Source of the DNA: Escherichia coli
GTDB lineage: Bacteria > Pseudomonadota > Gammaproteobacteria > Enterobacterales > Enterobacteriaceae
DNA: 34,186 nucleotides
Assembly: GCA_003321845.1 (NCBI GenBank)
Contig: GCA_003321845.1_3917.1
Strand: one strand, 5' to 3'
Numbering within the stretch: position 1 is the stretch's first letter; every line of letters begins with the position of its first letter. This document shows, piece after piece, positions 1 through 13,810 of this stretch. Under the pieces are notes generated by a model, which saw only the letters and a program-made list of their open reading frames with translations, searched no databases and was not told the DNA's origin. A program made the position numbers and the translations under genes.

Positions 1-4157
<4,157 letters not shown>

Positions 4158-4158
<1 letters not shown>

Positions 4159-4397
4159 TACATTTTTCCTGCTCTTCTAAGTTCGTTGTAAGCAATTTCC
4201 TCTTTATACGACCTCTGAATTTCAAGAAATTGTCTCAATGATAATAAATCAGAGAATGTCATAGCAAAGAGTTGGTCAAGTGTTTCTTTACACCCTTCCA
4301 TACCATAAATAGCAAGCACAAATTTCATCTCGTCTGCTTCTTCATAGGTTGCCTCTACAGCAGCATCAGTCAGTGGTGTCTGTAGAGTATTACCCAT
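4158..4397 (-). CDS. Tail assembly chaperone-like protein (second of pair)
   Basis: 79-aa acidic ORF between tube-like and tape measure genes, the usual G/GT chaperone position. No frameshift overlap seen. Confidence 0.4.
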
Positions 4398-4399
4398 GT

Positions 4400-4798
4400 T
4401 TACTGAGAAGTTAGGCTTTTGAAAATGCTTGCTTCGAAAAAACTTCCGAAGTTTGCCTCCAGCGCAAATGCTAAGTAATCAATAAATTCACCGTAGTTTG
4501 CTTGGAAGTATGTATCAATATTGAGTGGGAAGTCGTCAACAGTTGCCCCTTGAAATAACAGGGTAGCCATTTCTTCAAGGTTAATTTCTTCAATTCTGTC
4601 AAAACAAGCTTCAACAAGTTCTTTAAATGGAACCATTGGAGCTTCTTTCTTATCTTTATCAGTCAGACTTGATAGCATCTGTGCAAATGTTGGAACAACA
4701 ATTTTACCTAACTTCATAGACATCTTAATACCATCTCTTGCCCCAAGCAGAACGATATTTACTTTCTTACCATTAATTACTCTAGATTCTGTTTTCAT
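4400..4798 (-). CDS. Tail assembly chaperone-like protein
   Basis: 132-aa ORF immediately upstream of the tape measure gene and downstream of the tube-like gene; synteny only. Confidence 0.45.
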   Translation of the reverse strand: MKTESRVINGKKVNIVLLGARDGIKMSMKLGKIVVPTFAQMLSSLTDKDKKEAPMVPFKELVEACFDRIEEINLEEMATLLFQGATVDDFPLNIDTYFQANYGEFIDYLAFALEANFGSFFEASIFKSLTSQ

Positions 4799-4871
4799 TG
4801 TGATTCCTTAATACTTTTAAAAGAAACAAAAAAGGGGAAGACCTTTTAAAGTCTCCCCCTTATAGGATTTA

Positions 4872-5318
4872 TTAAACACTTGACGCTGGAATTGTAGAAG
4901 TGTAGTCTAGCTTCTCACAACCAAAAATCCAAGTTTTAGAGTTCTGGTCACGCCCAAGTTCAATTTGTGGTAATTCCTGCAACCAAGCATTAATACCAGT
5001 TGCCAGAACAGAGCCTGATGGGTCGTAGATTACGAAGTTAGAAGAGATATCTTCTTCAAGTTCCATGTTGTCTTGTTTAGCTTGAATTGCAGAAAGCATC
5101 TGGTTAGAGAGAGAAGTCTGCATTAGCTCAATCTCAATAGTACCTGTCTTGTCTGCATTTCTTGTCAGAGCAACCTGACCACCTGCACCTACAACTGGTG
5201 TGATAAGTGGTGATGTTCTCTGTAGACGTAAAAATGAGTCTGGGGCAAAGCCTTCAATGGCAATGCCATTCCAGCTACATACAACGTCTTTAGGGGAATA
5301 TTGCTGATACATAGCCAT
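4872..5318 (-). CDS. Putative tail tube protein
   Basis: 148-aa ORF directly after the 450-aa sheath-like gene and before the chaperones; size and position fit a myovirus tube protein. Confidence 0.5.
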   Translation of the reverse strand: MAMYQQYSPKDVVCSWNGIAIEGFAPDSFLRLQRTSPLITPVVGAGGQVALTRNADKTGTIEIELMQTSLSNQMLSAIQAKQDNMELEEDISSNFVIYDPSGSVLATGINAWLQELPQIELGRDQNSKTWIFGCEKLDYTSTIPASSV

Positions 5319-5333
5319 TCCAATTTACCTCTA

Positions 5334-6686
5334 TTATTCGTAAGCCACTGTACCTTTCAAGTCAACATCCAAGATAGCCCCTGCTAAGATACCTGCGAAG
5401 GTAACGTCTTTCAGGATACGAGCTTTCTTGTCTGCCAAAGCAACTTGAGAGGCTTTAGGAACATTAACTGTGTAAGATGACAGGAAGTTTCTGTTGACTG
5501 CTCTTTGCAGAGAGGTTTCAATGACTTGACGAATACGGGTAATACCAGTATCATCATAAGTAATCTTACCACCCTTCTGGTTAATTAGCAAGTCTCTCAG
5601 AGAAGTTTTCAGGTCTGATTCTAACCAGTCAACACCACGGATGATATCAATCCATTCCCCACCAGAAGTAATCCCTCTACGAACCACTGGAACACCACCA
5701 TCAAGGTCGATAAAGTTACAGTGACGTACATCTAAAGCTGACTTCTGAATACTTGTCAGAGGTCTCTTATTAGCTGGCTGTAAAGAAGCAGCTACACCAG
5801 TCAACTGAGCATTACCCCAAGCAATTGACCCTGCATCGTATGGAGCACCATAAGCAATATATGCCATCTCTGGATAATCTTCTGCCGCTGTGTGATGCCA
5901 CAAGCAAACTGTGCGAGTATACATACTCTTAGCAAGCTGTGCTGGAACATCATTTGCACTGTTTAATTCTGTACCTTGTAGTGCTGCTACATCAGAGTTA
6001 GCTGTGAAGAAGATTTTCTTACGAGCCTGAATCTCAGAAGCCATTGCCAAAACAAACTGTTGAGTTCTGTCTTCTGCTGCAATGAAATACCAGTCGGTAG
6101 AATAAGCTTCAATAGCTGCCAGAGCAGTTGACGCTGTATCAGCAGTTGTGCTTGCAATAGACACAGTTTGTGCTGTAGTGGTTACCTTCACGAAATCATT
6201 GTCACCAGCTTTGGAGATGACCATTGTGGCAGAACCGTTGCTACCAGTAACATTGACTGAAACTTTATCTTTAATTGATTGGTCAGCTTCAATCTGTGTT
6301 TTAAACTGTTGTAATACATTCTCGGCAGTGTCTTCACCTTGTGAGGTGTACTGGAATGGTTGTGACATTCCCCCACCGACAGCTACAGTAATTGAGTAGT
6401 CTGTACTTTCGGTAACAGCATCAGGAATTGATACAGTATACTGCATAGCACGTCTACCAATATAAAGCTGAGTTACTTTAGGAGTCTGACTCCAAAGTTG
6501 TTTAGCAGCCTTATATGCAGCAGTATTCTCATCGAAATCTTCAGCAACTTCAGTTAAGGAAGTGTAGCCACGCACTCTTTCTTCAAAGTTATCTGTTGAA
6601 GCTAAGAATAGTGGCAAACCAAAACCTTCTCTTGTAGTTCCTGCGGTGTTCAATGTAATATCTACATTAACAATTGGATTCCACAT
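5334..6686 (-). CDS. Putative tail sheath protein
   Basis: 450-aa ORF following four small connector ORFs and preceding a ~150-aa tube-like ORF. Sheath-then-tube order and size suggest a contractile tail; a large siphovirus major tail protein is the alternative. Confidence 0.5.
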   Translation of the reverse strand: MWNPIVNVDITLNTAGTTREGFGLPLFLASTDNFEERVRGYTSLTEVAEDFDENTAAYKAAKQLWSQTPKVTQLYIGRRAMQYTVSIPDAVTESTDYSITVAVGGGMSQPFQYTSQGEDTAENVLQQFKTQIEADQSIKDKVSVNVTGSNGSATMVISKAGDNDFVKVTTTAQTVSIASTTADTASTALAAIEAYSTDWYFIAAEDRTQQFVLAMASEIQARKKIFFTANSDVAALQGTELNSANDVPAQLAKSMYTRTVCLWHHTAAEDYPEMAYIAYGAPYDAGSIAWGNAQLTGVAASLQPANKRPLTSIQKSALDVRHCNFIDLDGGVPVVRRGITSGGEWIDIIRGVDWLESDLKTSLRDLLINQKGGKITYDDTGITRIRQVIETSLQRAVNRNFLSSYTVNVPKASQVALADKKARILKDVTFAGILAGAILDVDLKGTVAYE

Positions 6687-7286
6687 TTATTTTACCCCTT
6701 TGGAGTCTACATCTAGATGGATAGTATATTCTGGTGGCTCTTGCCCTTCTTCATAAACTAACTCACCATCAACAATGACACGCTCAATAATACTTCCACG
6801 TTCATCTTTCAGGACTGAGTTTTTTACAAGAGTTACAACAAGAGGTGCAGAATTTTCGAAATCTGTATTGAGATAAGTGTAATCGTTAGGGATTGCTCCA
6901 GTGTCTAATACTGTAGCTCCTGTTTCTTCAAGGATTAAATCTCTGACTGAACTCATCTCTAATCTTTGTTTAAGCTCAAGCATAATACTGTGAGCACCTT
7001 TACCATTTACCGTAATCAATACAGGAATCTGAAAAGCAATTCTGTAACAAACTACATCATCTTCAACAAACTTATCAAGAACCCAACCATAAGGTGTTGC
7101 AGCATCTTGACAATATACGGTAATAAATGGCTGGTCAGGTTTTAAACCTTTGTCATTTGAGTTATCAGAAGGGTAAGCTCTAATTACGTTTGGTCTATTA
7201 TTTTTATCACGAGCTAATCTGTGACCAATAACATCCACTAAGGTTCTAACTAGACCTTTTTCAAGTTCTGCTGTTTCTAACTGCAT
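6687..7286 (-). CDS. Head-tail joining / tail completion protein (putative)
   Basis: 199-aa ORF, start codon abuts the stop of the 5334..6686 gene; between capsid and tail genes. Confidence 0.45.
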   Translation of the reverse strand: MQLETAELEKGLVRTLVDVIGHRLARDKNNRPNVIRAYPSDNSNDKGLKPDQPFITVYCQDAATPYGWVLDKFVEDDVVCYRIAFQIPVLITVNGKGAHSIMLELKQRLEMSSVRDLILEETGATVLDTGAIPNDYTYLNTDFENSAPLVVTLVKNSVLKDERGSIIERVIVDGELVYEEGQEPPEYTIHLDVDSKGVK

Positions 7287-7662
7287 TCATTTTATCCCTT
7301 CTAATAATGATATATTCATAATGGGATGTATGGGCTAATTGCTGTGACCAATCCATAGTCATAAATACTTCATACTCATGACCATCAATCATAACAATAT
7401 CAGACTCATTCCACTCTACATCATCTGAAGTTCTAAGTTTATATGTGGTATACAGGATTCTTGTATCGGTTAGTCTAATACCTTCCGGTAAAGCAATCTG
7501 TGTACCGTTCTTTACAGAACCTTTGATATATGGCTGGATATTACCTTTGCAGTTAACCTCTACAATATCTTGTGAAGCTACCCAATCACCATCATCATTA
7601 TAATAACCGTCTTCAGAGACTTTACGCTTTACTACAAAGCTGTGTCTGTTTAAGAGTCTCAT
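7261..7662 (-). CDS. Head-tail connector protein (putative)
   Basis: 133-aa ORF, overlapping neighbours, between capsid and tail genes. Confidence 0.45.
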   Translation of the reverse strand: MRLLNRHSFVVKRKVSEDGYYNDDGDWVASQDIVEVNCKGNIQPYIKGSVKNGTQIALPEGIRLTDTRILYTTYKLRTSDDVEWNESDIVMIDGHEYEVFMTMDWSQQLAHTSHYEYIIIRRDKMNAVRNSRT

Positions 7663-8141
7663 TTTTTAATACCCTTCTTAGTAGAAATTTTATAAGCAAG
7701 GTTATCCCTTAAGTCACCTGTCTCAACAAGAGGTGCATTAAAGCCTTTTTTCTTGACTGTGGAAGGTGCGTTAGGAGGGAGGATAGCAGAATTACCAAAA
7801 CCTCTTTTAATTGCCTTTTGAGCATTCTTTGCAAATGCTTCTAAGGTATTTGAAGGGTCTACGTTGAGACTGCTAAGTTGCTTATATAGATTCTTCTTAG
7901 TCTGCTCTAACAAGGTCTGTCTGTTTAGCATCATAGTGATTTCAAACAACCTACGATATACTTTACCAGAAGCTGAGGGAACCCCAATAACTTCTTGTAA
8001 ATACATTAAAGCAGGATAAGAAAAACCAGAGCTATGTTGACCTTGTTCTTGAAAATACCCAACTTGAGCATTAGCCGTTTGCAAGTTCTTCATAGCCCCG
8101 ACTAATTTTGCTCTAGCGGGGTGAATAACCCTTTTAACCAT
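7659..8141 (-). CDS. Head-tail connector / head completion protein (putative)
   Basis: 160-aa ORF with 4-nt overlap to the next gene; position between capsid and tail genes. Confidence 0.45.
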   Translation of the reverse strand: MVKRVIHPARAKLVGAMKNLQTANAQVGYFQEQGQHSSGFSYPALMYLQEVIGVPSASGKVYRRLFEITMMLNRQTLLEQTKKNLYKQLSSLNVDPSNTLEAFAKNAQKAIKRGFGNSAILPPNAPSTVKKKGFNAPLVETGDLRDNLAYKISTKKGIKK

Positions 8142-8590
8142 TATTCATCTCGCTCGATAATAAATACGCCATTAACACGGTTGCAGTAATCTCTGCCTTC
8201 GTATCTGGCAGCATCACCATATTCTGTGTATTTCTTGACAGAGCAAGGATTCTGACGACGCATATCAATGTCACACTGATTAATACCACCTGCATAGGGT
8301 AGTCCTGAAACAGAGCTTTTAACAAGGTCGTCATAAACAGCTTTCAGAGATTTGAATCTGGAAGAGTTACGTAAATAAACACCACCAACCTTCTCATCTC
8401 CCATCTTGGCTACTTGAAAGAGTAAATATTTAAGAGCTTTGATGGCTGCTTTCTTTTCATCCTTTCCAGATTCTAGATAGAACCACTCTAGCACAGACTG
8501 CTCAATAAGAATTTCATCATTATTAGTGTCTGTGCAGAGGATTCTTACTCTATCAAGAGGGTTATTGGCTGGGTCGCCTGTATAACACAT
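8141..8590 (-). CDS. Head completion / adaptor protein (putative)
   Basis: 149-aa ORF immediately downstream of the major capsid gene. Confidence 0.45.
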   Translation of the reverse strand: MCYTGDPANNPLDRVRILCTDTNNDEILIEQSVLEWFYLESGKDEKKAAIKALKYLLFQVAKMGDEKVGGVYLRNSSRFKSLKAVYDDLVKSSVSGLPYAGGINQCDIDMRRQNPCSVKKYTEYGDAARYEGRDYCNRVNGVFIIERDE

Positions 8591-8611
8591 TAATAACCCT
8601 CCTTAAGAATA

Positions 8612-9715
8612 TTAGTCTTTAGCGTCAGCACGAACATCTACCAGCAACTGAGGACGAGTGCAGTATGGCAGCATGTAAGAGTGAGCTTCGAAGTCAATAC
8701 CTTCGTCACGGTCTTTTTCGTATTCGAATACGTACAGTTCCTGACCAAGTGTATTTGCATAACCCATCTTAGGACATGGACCATATGCAACTTCGAAGAT
8801 GTTGTTAGCTTCACCAAGCATAGATACGTTAGGGAAAGCATGACCAACACCAACAGTTGCTGCTGCACCATCAATGCTCACCAGAGTGTGAACCTTACCA
8901 CGCTTGTCTTTGAACTTACCGTTGTACTGGACAAACTTAACACCACCGTAGTAGAAAGTGTTCATGTGAGCCTGAACGCCGTCAGTACCACCAGTTCTCA
9001 GAGAACCAGTAATCTGTTGCCAAGCCAGTGGGGTCTGCTGTGCAAGATAAGCGTCACGAATCTTAGGATGCTTAACCAGCTTGCTGAAGAATACACGGTC
9101 AACAACTACGTGAATTTCTTCACCGTTGATTACAGTGCCAGTCTTAGCTTCGTCTTCCATGTGCATACGCAGTTCTTCAATAGAAGCGTCGATGTCAGCA
9201 TTAGGGTTGTCAAGGTCGAAGTAAACAGTCTTCTTCTCAACGTCGAACTGCTTGTACAGGTCAGCGTACAGAGTACCACGAGCATCAACAACCTTACCCT
9301 TCAGAGCTTGCATAAACAGGAACTCACGAGTAATATCGAACTTGGTACGAATCTTCATCAGCTTCTTAGCACGTACTACTGCTTCAGTAGTCAGTTCGTT
9401 TGCAGTGCCTGGCTGACGTACACCCTGAATTTCATCAGGAGTGATGCTTTCAACTTCTTTGAAGTACATCATTGGGAAGCTGATTTGACGAACACGCTCA
9501 GGTGCGCTAGTCTCTGCTTTACGGCTATCACGGTCTACCGCATCAAGCAAGCTGACATCCCAATCAGTCAAGTCCATAAGGAAAGTAGTTTGGGTGATTG
9601 GTGCTGAACGGAACAGACCTAAGTTGGAAATATACCCATAAGTATTTGGGATAGACTGGACTTCACCAGTCAGGTCAGCAAGGAAAAATCTGCTTTTTTC
9701 AGAATTAGTCAACAT
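8612..9715 (-). CDS. Major capsid protein
   Basis: 367-aa ORF following protease/scaffold and a small decoration-like gene, matching the lambda order B-C/Nu3-D-E; size is typical. Not confirmed by search. Confidence 0.7.
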   Translation of the reverse strand: MLTNSEKSRFFLADLTGEVQSIPNTYGYISNLGLFRSAPITQTTFLMDLTDWDVSLLDAVDRDSRKAETSAPERVRQISFPMMYFKEVESITPDEIQGVRQPGTANELTTEAVVRAKKLMKIRTKFDITREFLFMQALKGKVVDARGTLYADLYKQFDVEKKTVYFDLDNPNADIDASIEELRMHMEDEAKTGTVINGEEIHVVVDRVFFSKLVKHPKIRDAYLAQQTPLAWQQITGSLRTGGTDGVQAHMNTFYYGGVKFVQYNGKFKDKRGKVHTLVSIDGAAATVGVGHAFPNVSMLGEANNIFEVAYGPCPKMGYANTLGQELYVFEYEKDRDEGIDFEAHSYMLPYCTRPQLLVDVRADAKD

Positions 9716-9748
9716 TGTAAAATTCTCCAGAATGTCTTATTATTGTTA

Positions 9749-10126
9749 TTACAGGCCAGTTGGTACGAAATCAATACCTTTAGCAGCCAGAGCTTTCTTG
9801 ACCTCAGCAGCATCAACATCTGATTCAAGAGTAAGCAGGTCTTTTAGTTCTGCGTCACGGTAAATACCAACAACTTTCAACTGACCGTGGTAAGACAGTT
9901 GCAGGTCTGCATAAAAGTTAACAATACATACAGAATCAGCCTGAGCTTCTTCCCCTGCTGCAACTTTAGTACCATCTGCTTTCAGAACTTCACCTACACG
10001 ATATTCTGTAGATGCCTGTGGGGTGTACTCTTTACGAGAGTGGCCTGTTGGGGTAACCTGTTCCCAAAGAATGATATCATTCAGAGGTTCTCTGTTACCT
10101 AACTTAGTAAAACCTTGATATGCCAT
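9749..10126 (-). CDS. Head decoration-like protein (lambda gpD position)
   Basis: 125-aa ORF between the protease/scaffold and major capsid genes; assignment by synteny and size. Confidence 0.4.
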   Translation of the reverse strand: MAYQGFTKLGNREPLNDIILWEQVTPTGHSRKEYTPQASTEYRVGEVLKADGTKVAAGEEAQADSVCIVNFYADLQLSYHGQLKVVGIYRDAELKDLLTLESDVDAAEVKKALAAKGIDFVPTGL

Positions 10127-10137
10127 TATTGTGTTCC

Positions 10138-11484
10138 TTATTTGATAAGAGATTTTAGAGCATTCTGGAGAGCCAGTTTGCGTTGTTCAGCGGTGTCTTC
10201 GGAAGCATTCTTAGCTGGTTCTTTTTCTTCTTCAACCAAATCAGCTTCGCCGTCATTACCCACTTCTTCCATAGCATTAGAATGTTCAAGAACAGCACCA
10301 GCAGTTTCTTTCAGCTTGGTAATTTCTGATTCTTTTTCTTCCATTGCAGAAGCATGGGACGCGATAGTTTCATTAAGTTTCTGGTTAGCACCTTCCATAG
10401 CATTCATAAACAGAACACTCAGAGGGTTATCAAGACCAGCACCTAAAATAGTCGTTGCAGCTTCTTTTGCATCAAATCCAAAAGCTTCAGCAGAAGCAGA
10501 AATCTTATTAGTCAAATCTGACAAAGCAGCTTCCTGTTCTTTAGCTTTCATTTGAGCAACCTGAAGACGCAAAGCTTCTAGTTCTTGCTTTTCTTGTTCA
10601 GTCATTTCTTCACCTGAATTGTTAACGTTTAAACTTACAGGAGCCTCTTCAGAACCTTGTAAGTAATTTAAGAAATCATCTTGAGACATGATTGAGTTAA
10701 TTAAACCAAGTTCAAGAGCTTCCTGAGCAGAATAAACATTCGCCTCAGTATTCTTTACAGCTTCTTCAGAGAGATTACGGGATTCAGCTACAAAACCTGT
10801 AAAGGTTGCGTAGGTATCATTAATTCTCTTTTGAAGTCTTTCTTTGCTTTCTTCTGAAAGTGCTTGGAATGGTGAACCCATACCTTTAAACTCACCAGCT
10901 TTGATGACGTTAATTGTTACGCCATTCTTTTCAAATGCCTTAGTTAATTCCTGATGAACCATGATTACACCGATAGAACCAACATCTGCATCTGGTGATG
11001 CAATAATTTCTTCAGCAGAAGATGCAAGCGCATATGCAGCGGAACAAGCGAACTCATCTACATAAGCAATAATTTTCTTTTGGCCTCTTGAAGCCATGAT
11101 ATGACGTGCTAATTCAAAGCAACCTGAAGCTTCACCACCACCAGAATCAATATGCAGAACAATAGTCTTAATTGACTCATCTGCTAAAGCTTCGTCAAAG
11201 CCTCTGCGTAAACCTTCATAAGAGCTTAAACCACCTGTACACATTGCATCAATGAATGTCATACGGTGAGTTAAACCACCCATAATAGGGATAATAGCAA
11301 TATCATCTTTTACTTTTAAAAGACTTCTTGCTTCACCTTTAGGTTTATCAAAGTTTACTGCTGCTTGGACATCACCCAGCAATCTGTTATTCACATAAGT
11401 TGCTGCTGAGTGAGCTAATGATTCAGTGGCTAGTAAAGGTTGGTTGAATAATCTATCAGCAAGTCTGAAGATATTCGAACTCAT
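10138..11484 (-). CDS. Prohead protease (S49/ClpP-like) fused to scaffold-like C-terminal domain
   Basis: N-terminal half has S49-type motifs (IVLHIDSGGGEASG; catalytic-Ser context EFACSAAYALASSA). C-terminal ~150 aa is acidic and coiled-coil-like (EQEKQELEALRLQVAQMKAKEQEAA), as in scaffolds. Lies between portal and capsid genes. Confidence 0.75.
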   Translation of the reverse strand: MSSNIFRLADRLFNQPLLATESLAHSAATYVNNRLLGDVQAAVNFDKPKGEARSLLKVKDDIAIIPIMGGLTHRMTFIDAMCTGGLSSYEGLRRGFDEALADESIKTIVLHIDSGGGEASGCFELARHIMASRGQKKIIAYVDEFACSAAYALASSAEEIIASPDADVGSIGVIMVHQELTKAFEKNGVTINVIKAGEFKGMGSPFQALSEESKERLQKRINDTYATFTGFVAESRNLSEEAVKNTEANVYSAQEALELGLINSIMSQDDFLNYLQGSEEAPVSLNVNNSGEEMTEQEKQELEALRLQVAQMKAKEQEAALSDLTNKISASAEAFGFDAKEAATTILGAGLDNPLSVLFMNAMEGANQKLNETIASHASAMEEKESEITKLKETAGAVLEHSNAMEEVGNDGEADLVEEEKEPAKNASEDTAEQRKLALQNALKSLIK

Positions 11485-11495
11485 TTTTACTCACC

Positions 11496-11828
11496 CTATT
11501 TGTTTAAATCTACAGAGACTGAAGAGATAACATAGATACCTTCTTCAGCAAAGAATTGAGGTTTGCTAAGAGCACCAGTTGCCACGCATTTATCGTTAGC
11601 ATCCCACAAGCTATAGTGTGAGACCGTTGCAGAAGCTGGAACAGTAATATTAACTGTGTCTTCTGAGGCAATTAAGCCATTATCCGGTTCAGAAAAATAA
11701 ATAGCCACTGGCTGAGTAACCTTATTTGCTGTAGGGTCTGCCGTTGGGTCTACATTGTGTAAAATAATAGTCGTTGGGGTTAGCGTGGCGAGGATTTTAT
11801 TCTTACCATCAATAGTTAATGTTCCCAT
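11496..11828 (-). CDS. Hypothetical protein
   Basis: 110-aa ORF between portal and protease genes, stop/start coupled. Confidence 0.5.
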   Translation of the reverse strand: MGTLTIDGKNKILATLTPTTIILHNVDPTADPTANKVTQPVAIYFSEPDNGLIASEDTVNITVPASATVSHYSLWDANDKCVATGALSKPQFFAEEGIYVISSVSVDLNK

Positions 11829-12328
11829 TAATTAAACCTTACTTTTTGTTTAAGGACTGTTGAATGGTTACCAGATTCATCTACCACATTTACAATCATA
11901 TCATATACTTTACCTTTGACAAGTACTTTGTAATCATTTTGTGAAAAAATGTATTCAAGTCTGTTTGTTTCTTTATTAACTGTCATTGGAGATTGAAATG
12001 CAGTATCGAGGGTAATGAAAGCGGCTTCAATGCTATTGACATTGATACGTTTATTCTCGCAGTTATATAACTTTACACCCAAAAGGCATGAACTGTCAAA
12101 TGGAATTTTAACAATTTCACTACAATTTCCTGAAATAAACGATTTTCCACTCATTGGTGCATCAAGTAACCTGCAAATAGTGAAAACGTCAGAGATTCCA
12201 CCATCACTAACATAACCTGAAAGGCTGACCCTTGAGCCAGCCTCTACAGATAACTTGTCAGTGATGATAAGGACACCCCTATACGAATGCACTCGTGTAG
12301 CATTTGAAATAGAGATAACTTCAGCCAT
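11828..12328 (-). CDS. Hypothetical protein
   Basis: 166-aa ORF, start overlaps the portal stop (ATGA-type coupling). Confidence 0.5.
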   Translation of the reverse strand: MAEVISISNATRVHSYRGVLIITDKLSVEAGSRVSLSGYVSDGGISDVFTICRLLDAPMSGKSFISGNCSEIVKIPFDSSCLLGVKLYNCENKRINVNSIEAAFITLDTAFQSPMTVNKETNRLEYIFSQNDYKVLVKGKVYDMIVNVVDESGNHSTVLKQKVRFN

Positions 12329-13803
12329 TATTTATTTGCCTTATTTGCTGTGCTTGGGTCTTTCGCTGAAGGTGTCTTTGCAGTACCTTCTCCAGCGGTC
12401 TTATAACCATCTCCTGAGCGGCTTTGGCTATTTGGAGAAAGCTTTTCAGATACTGGCTGAGACTCATCAGCAGGAGGAAGACCAATATGCTCTCTAAGTT
12501 TGTTAGATAGCTCTTTGTCAACTTCCAAAGCACCTACTGCAACAGTCTTCTGAATATAAGAACCAATTGCTTCAAGGTCTGGAGTTTCGATATCATCATA
12601 TGTGATTTGTACATGTTCTTCATCATCCCACATATTAAGAGCATAAGTCTGTGCAACTAAATCACGGTTAATTACGTTCTTAATTTGCTTCAGCAGAATA
12701 TCTACTGACATTGCTAATAGGCTTGTCTTAGAATCTGCAAGAGAGAATGAACCATATTTTGACTGACCCATAGCAAGAACATCTGACATAAATGCCATCA
12801 TAATTTGCTTGGAATATCTGTCAATGATAGAACCTGTATCATATGCTTTAGCACCCTGTCTAGAAACTAATGAGAACTCAAAGATATCCTCTTTAGTATC
12901 TGGGTCGATATATCTAGGCCAGATTAAACCTGCTCTGTCATTAGCAATCATGTCATTAACAACAGTTTTGCAGTATTGTACGAAAGCTTTCTTTTCAGGT
13001 TCTGCATTTTCATCCAGATAGTCTGGTGGTAAACCAATCTTTGGCATACCTACTAAGTCTCTTGAAACACCAACAGCTTCATACTCTTCAATCTGTACTT
13101 TATATTTCCACGGTACATAAGCATTAAGTAATGGTGAACGACCTTCTGGATTTCCATATTCATCGTCATACTTAAATAGCATGAATTTAGCTCGTGGAAG
13201 TTTTCTTGTTAGAGGTCTCTCTCCAAGATTGATTGCTCCAGCAATATGTGAAACATTTCTTAGATTCTGTCTAACACCAGTAACTTTTCTAAAGTCTTCG
13301 TCAAAATACCACTTATCAAGTGTTGACTGGTTTCGGATTGGTAATTTAGCCCACCCAATTAGACCATCGTCAAATTTTGACTGGTACTTTCCTTTTTTAC
13401 CCTGACGTTTCTTATAAACCTTTTCGTTAACACAGAACCCATAAGTGCAGAATGACATTACAGAGTTAATAAAATCTGCCCAATCATGCTCCATGTCATC
13501 CATTAAAGAATTAAAGAAGTCTGCTCTTTCAAGCATTTTAGGGTCTTGCTCTTTTCCATTTGGAGGTACGAATCTCCAGTTGACTTTTCTGACAAACATC
13601 TTAATAATATTTACAGATGCTGCTACAGCAGGGTCACGCATCATTAATTGGAAAGTTTTAATACTTTCAGGGAACCTTAGTGCCTGACGAGGTTCTTCAT
13701 AGATTCTTCCATTCTTAACCTTCAGACCCAAAGAACCTACTTCACCCATTCTAAATGGTGGTAAGCTTTCTTGTGTTTCTGTAATATCTGCCATTCTTCT
13801 CAC
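12328..13803 (-). CDS. Portal protein
   Basis: 491-aa ORF immediately downstream of the large terminase gene and upstream of the protease/scaffold; canonical position and size. Confidence 0.7.
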   Translation of the reverse strand: MRRMADITETQESLPPFRMGEVGSLGLKVKNGRIYEEPRQALRFPESIKTFQLMMRDPAVAASVNIIKMFVRKVNWRFVPPNGKEQDPKMLERADFFNSLMDDMEHDWADFINSVMSFCTYGFCVNEKVYKKRQGKKGKYQSKFDDGLIGWAKLPIRNQSTLDKWYFDEDFRKVTGVRQNLRNVSHIAGAINLGERPLTRKLPRAKFMLFKYDDEYGNPEGRSPLLNAYVPWKYKVQIEEYEAVGVSRDLVGMPKIGLPPDYLDENAEPEKKAFVQYCKTVVNDMIANDRAGLIWPRYIDPDTKEDIFEFSLVSRQGAKAYDTGSIIDRYSKQIMMAFMSDVLAMGQSKYGSFSLADSKTSLLAMSVDILLKQIKNVINRDLVAQTYALNMWDDEEHVQITYDDIETPDLEAIGSYIQKTVAVGALEVDKELSNKLREHIGLPPADESQPVSEKLSPNSQSRSGDGYKTAGEGTAKTPSAKDPSTANKANK

Positions 13804-13810
13804 CTAGCTA

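Noticed and set aside
6188-6376. Minus-strand 62-aa ORF, and others nested inside larger same-strand genes (8134..8334, 8638..8874, 12321..12533, 14014..14196)
   Set aside because: Alternative-frame ORFs contained within longer ORFs on the same strand; no independent start signal and odd composition.
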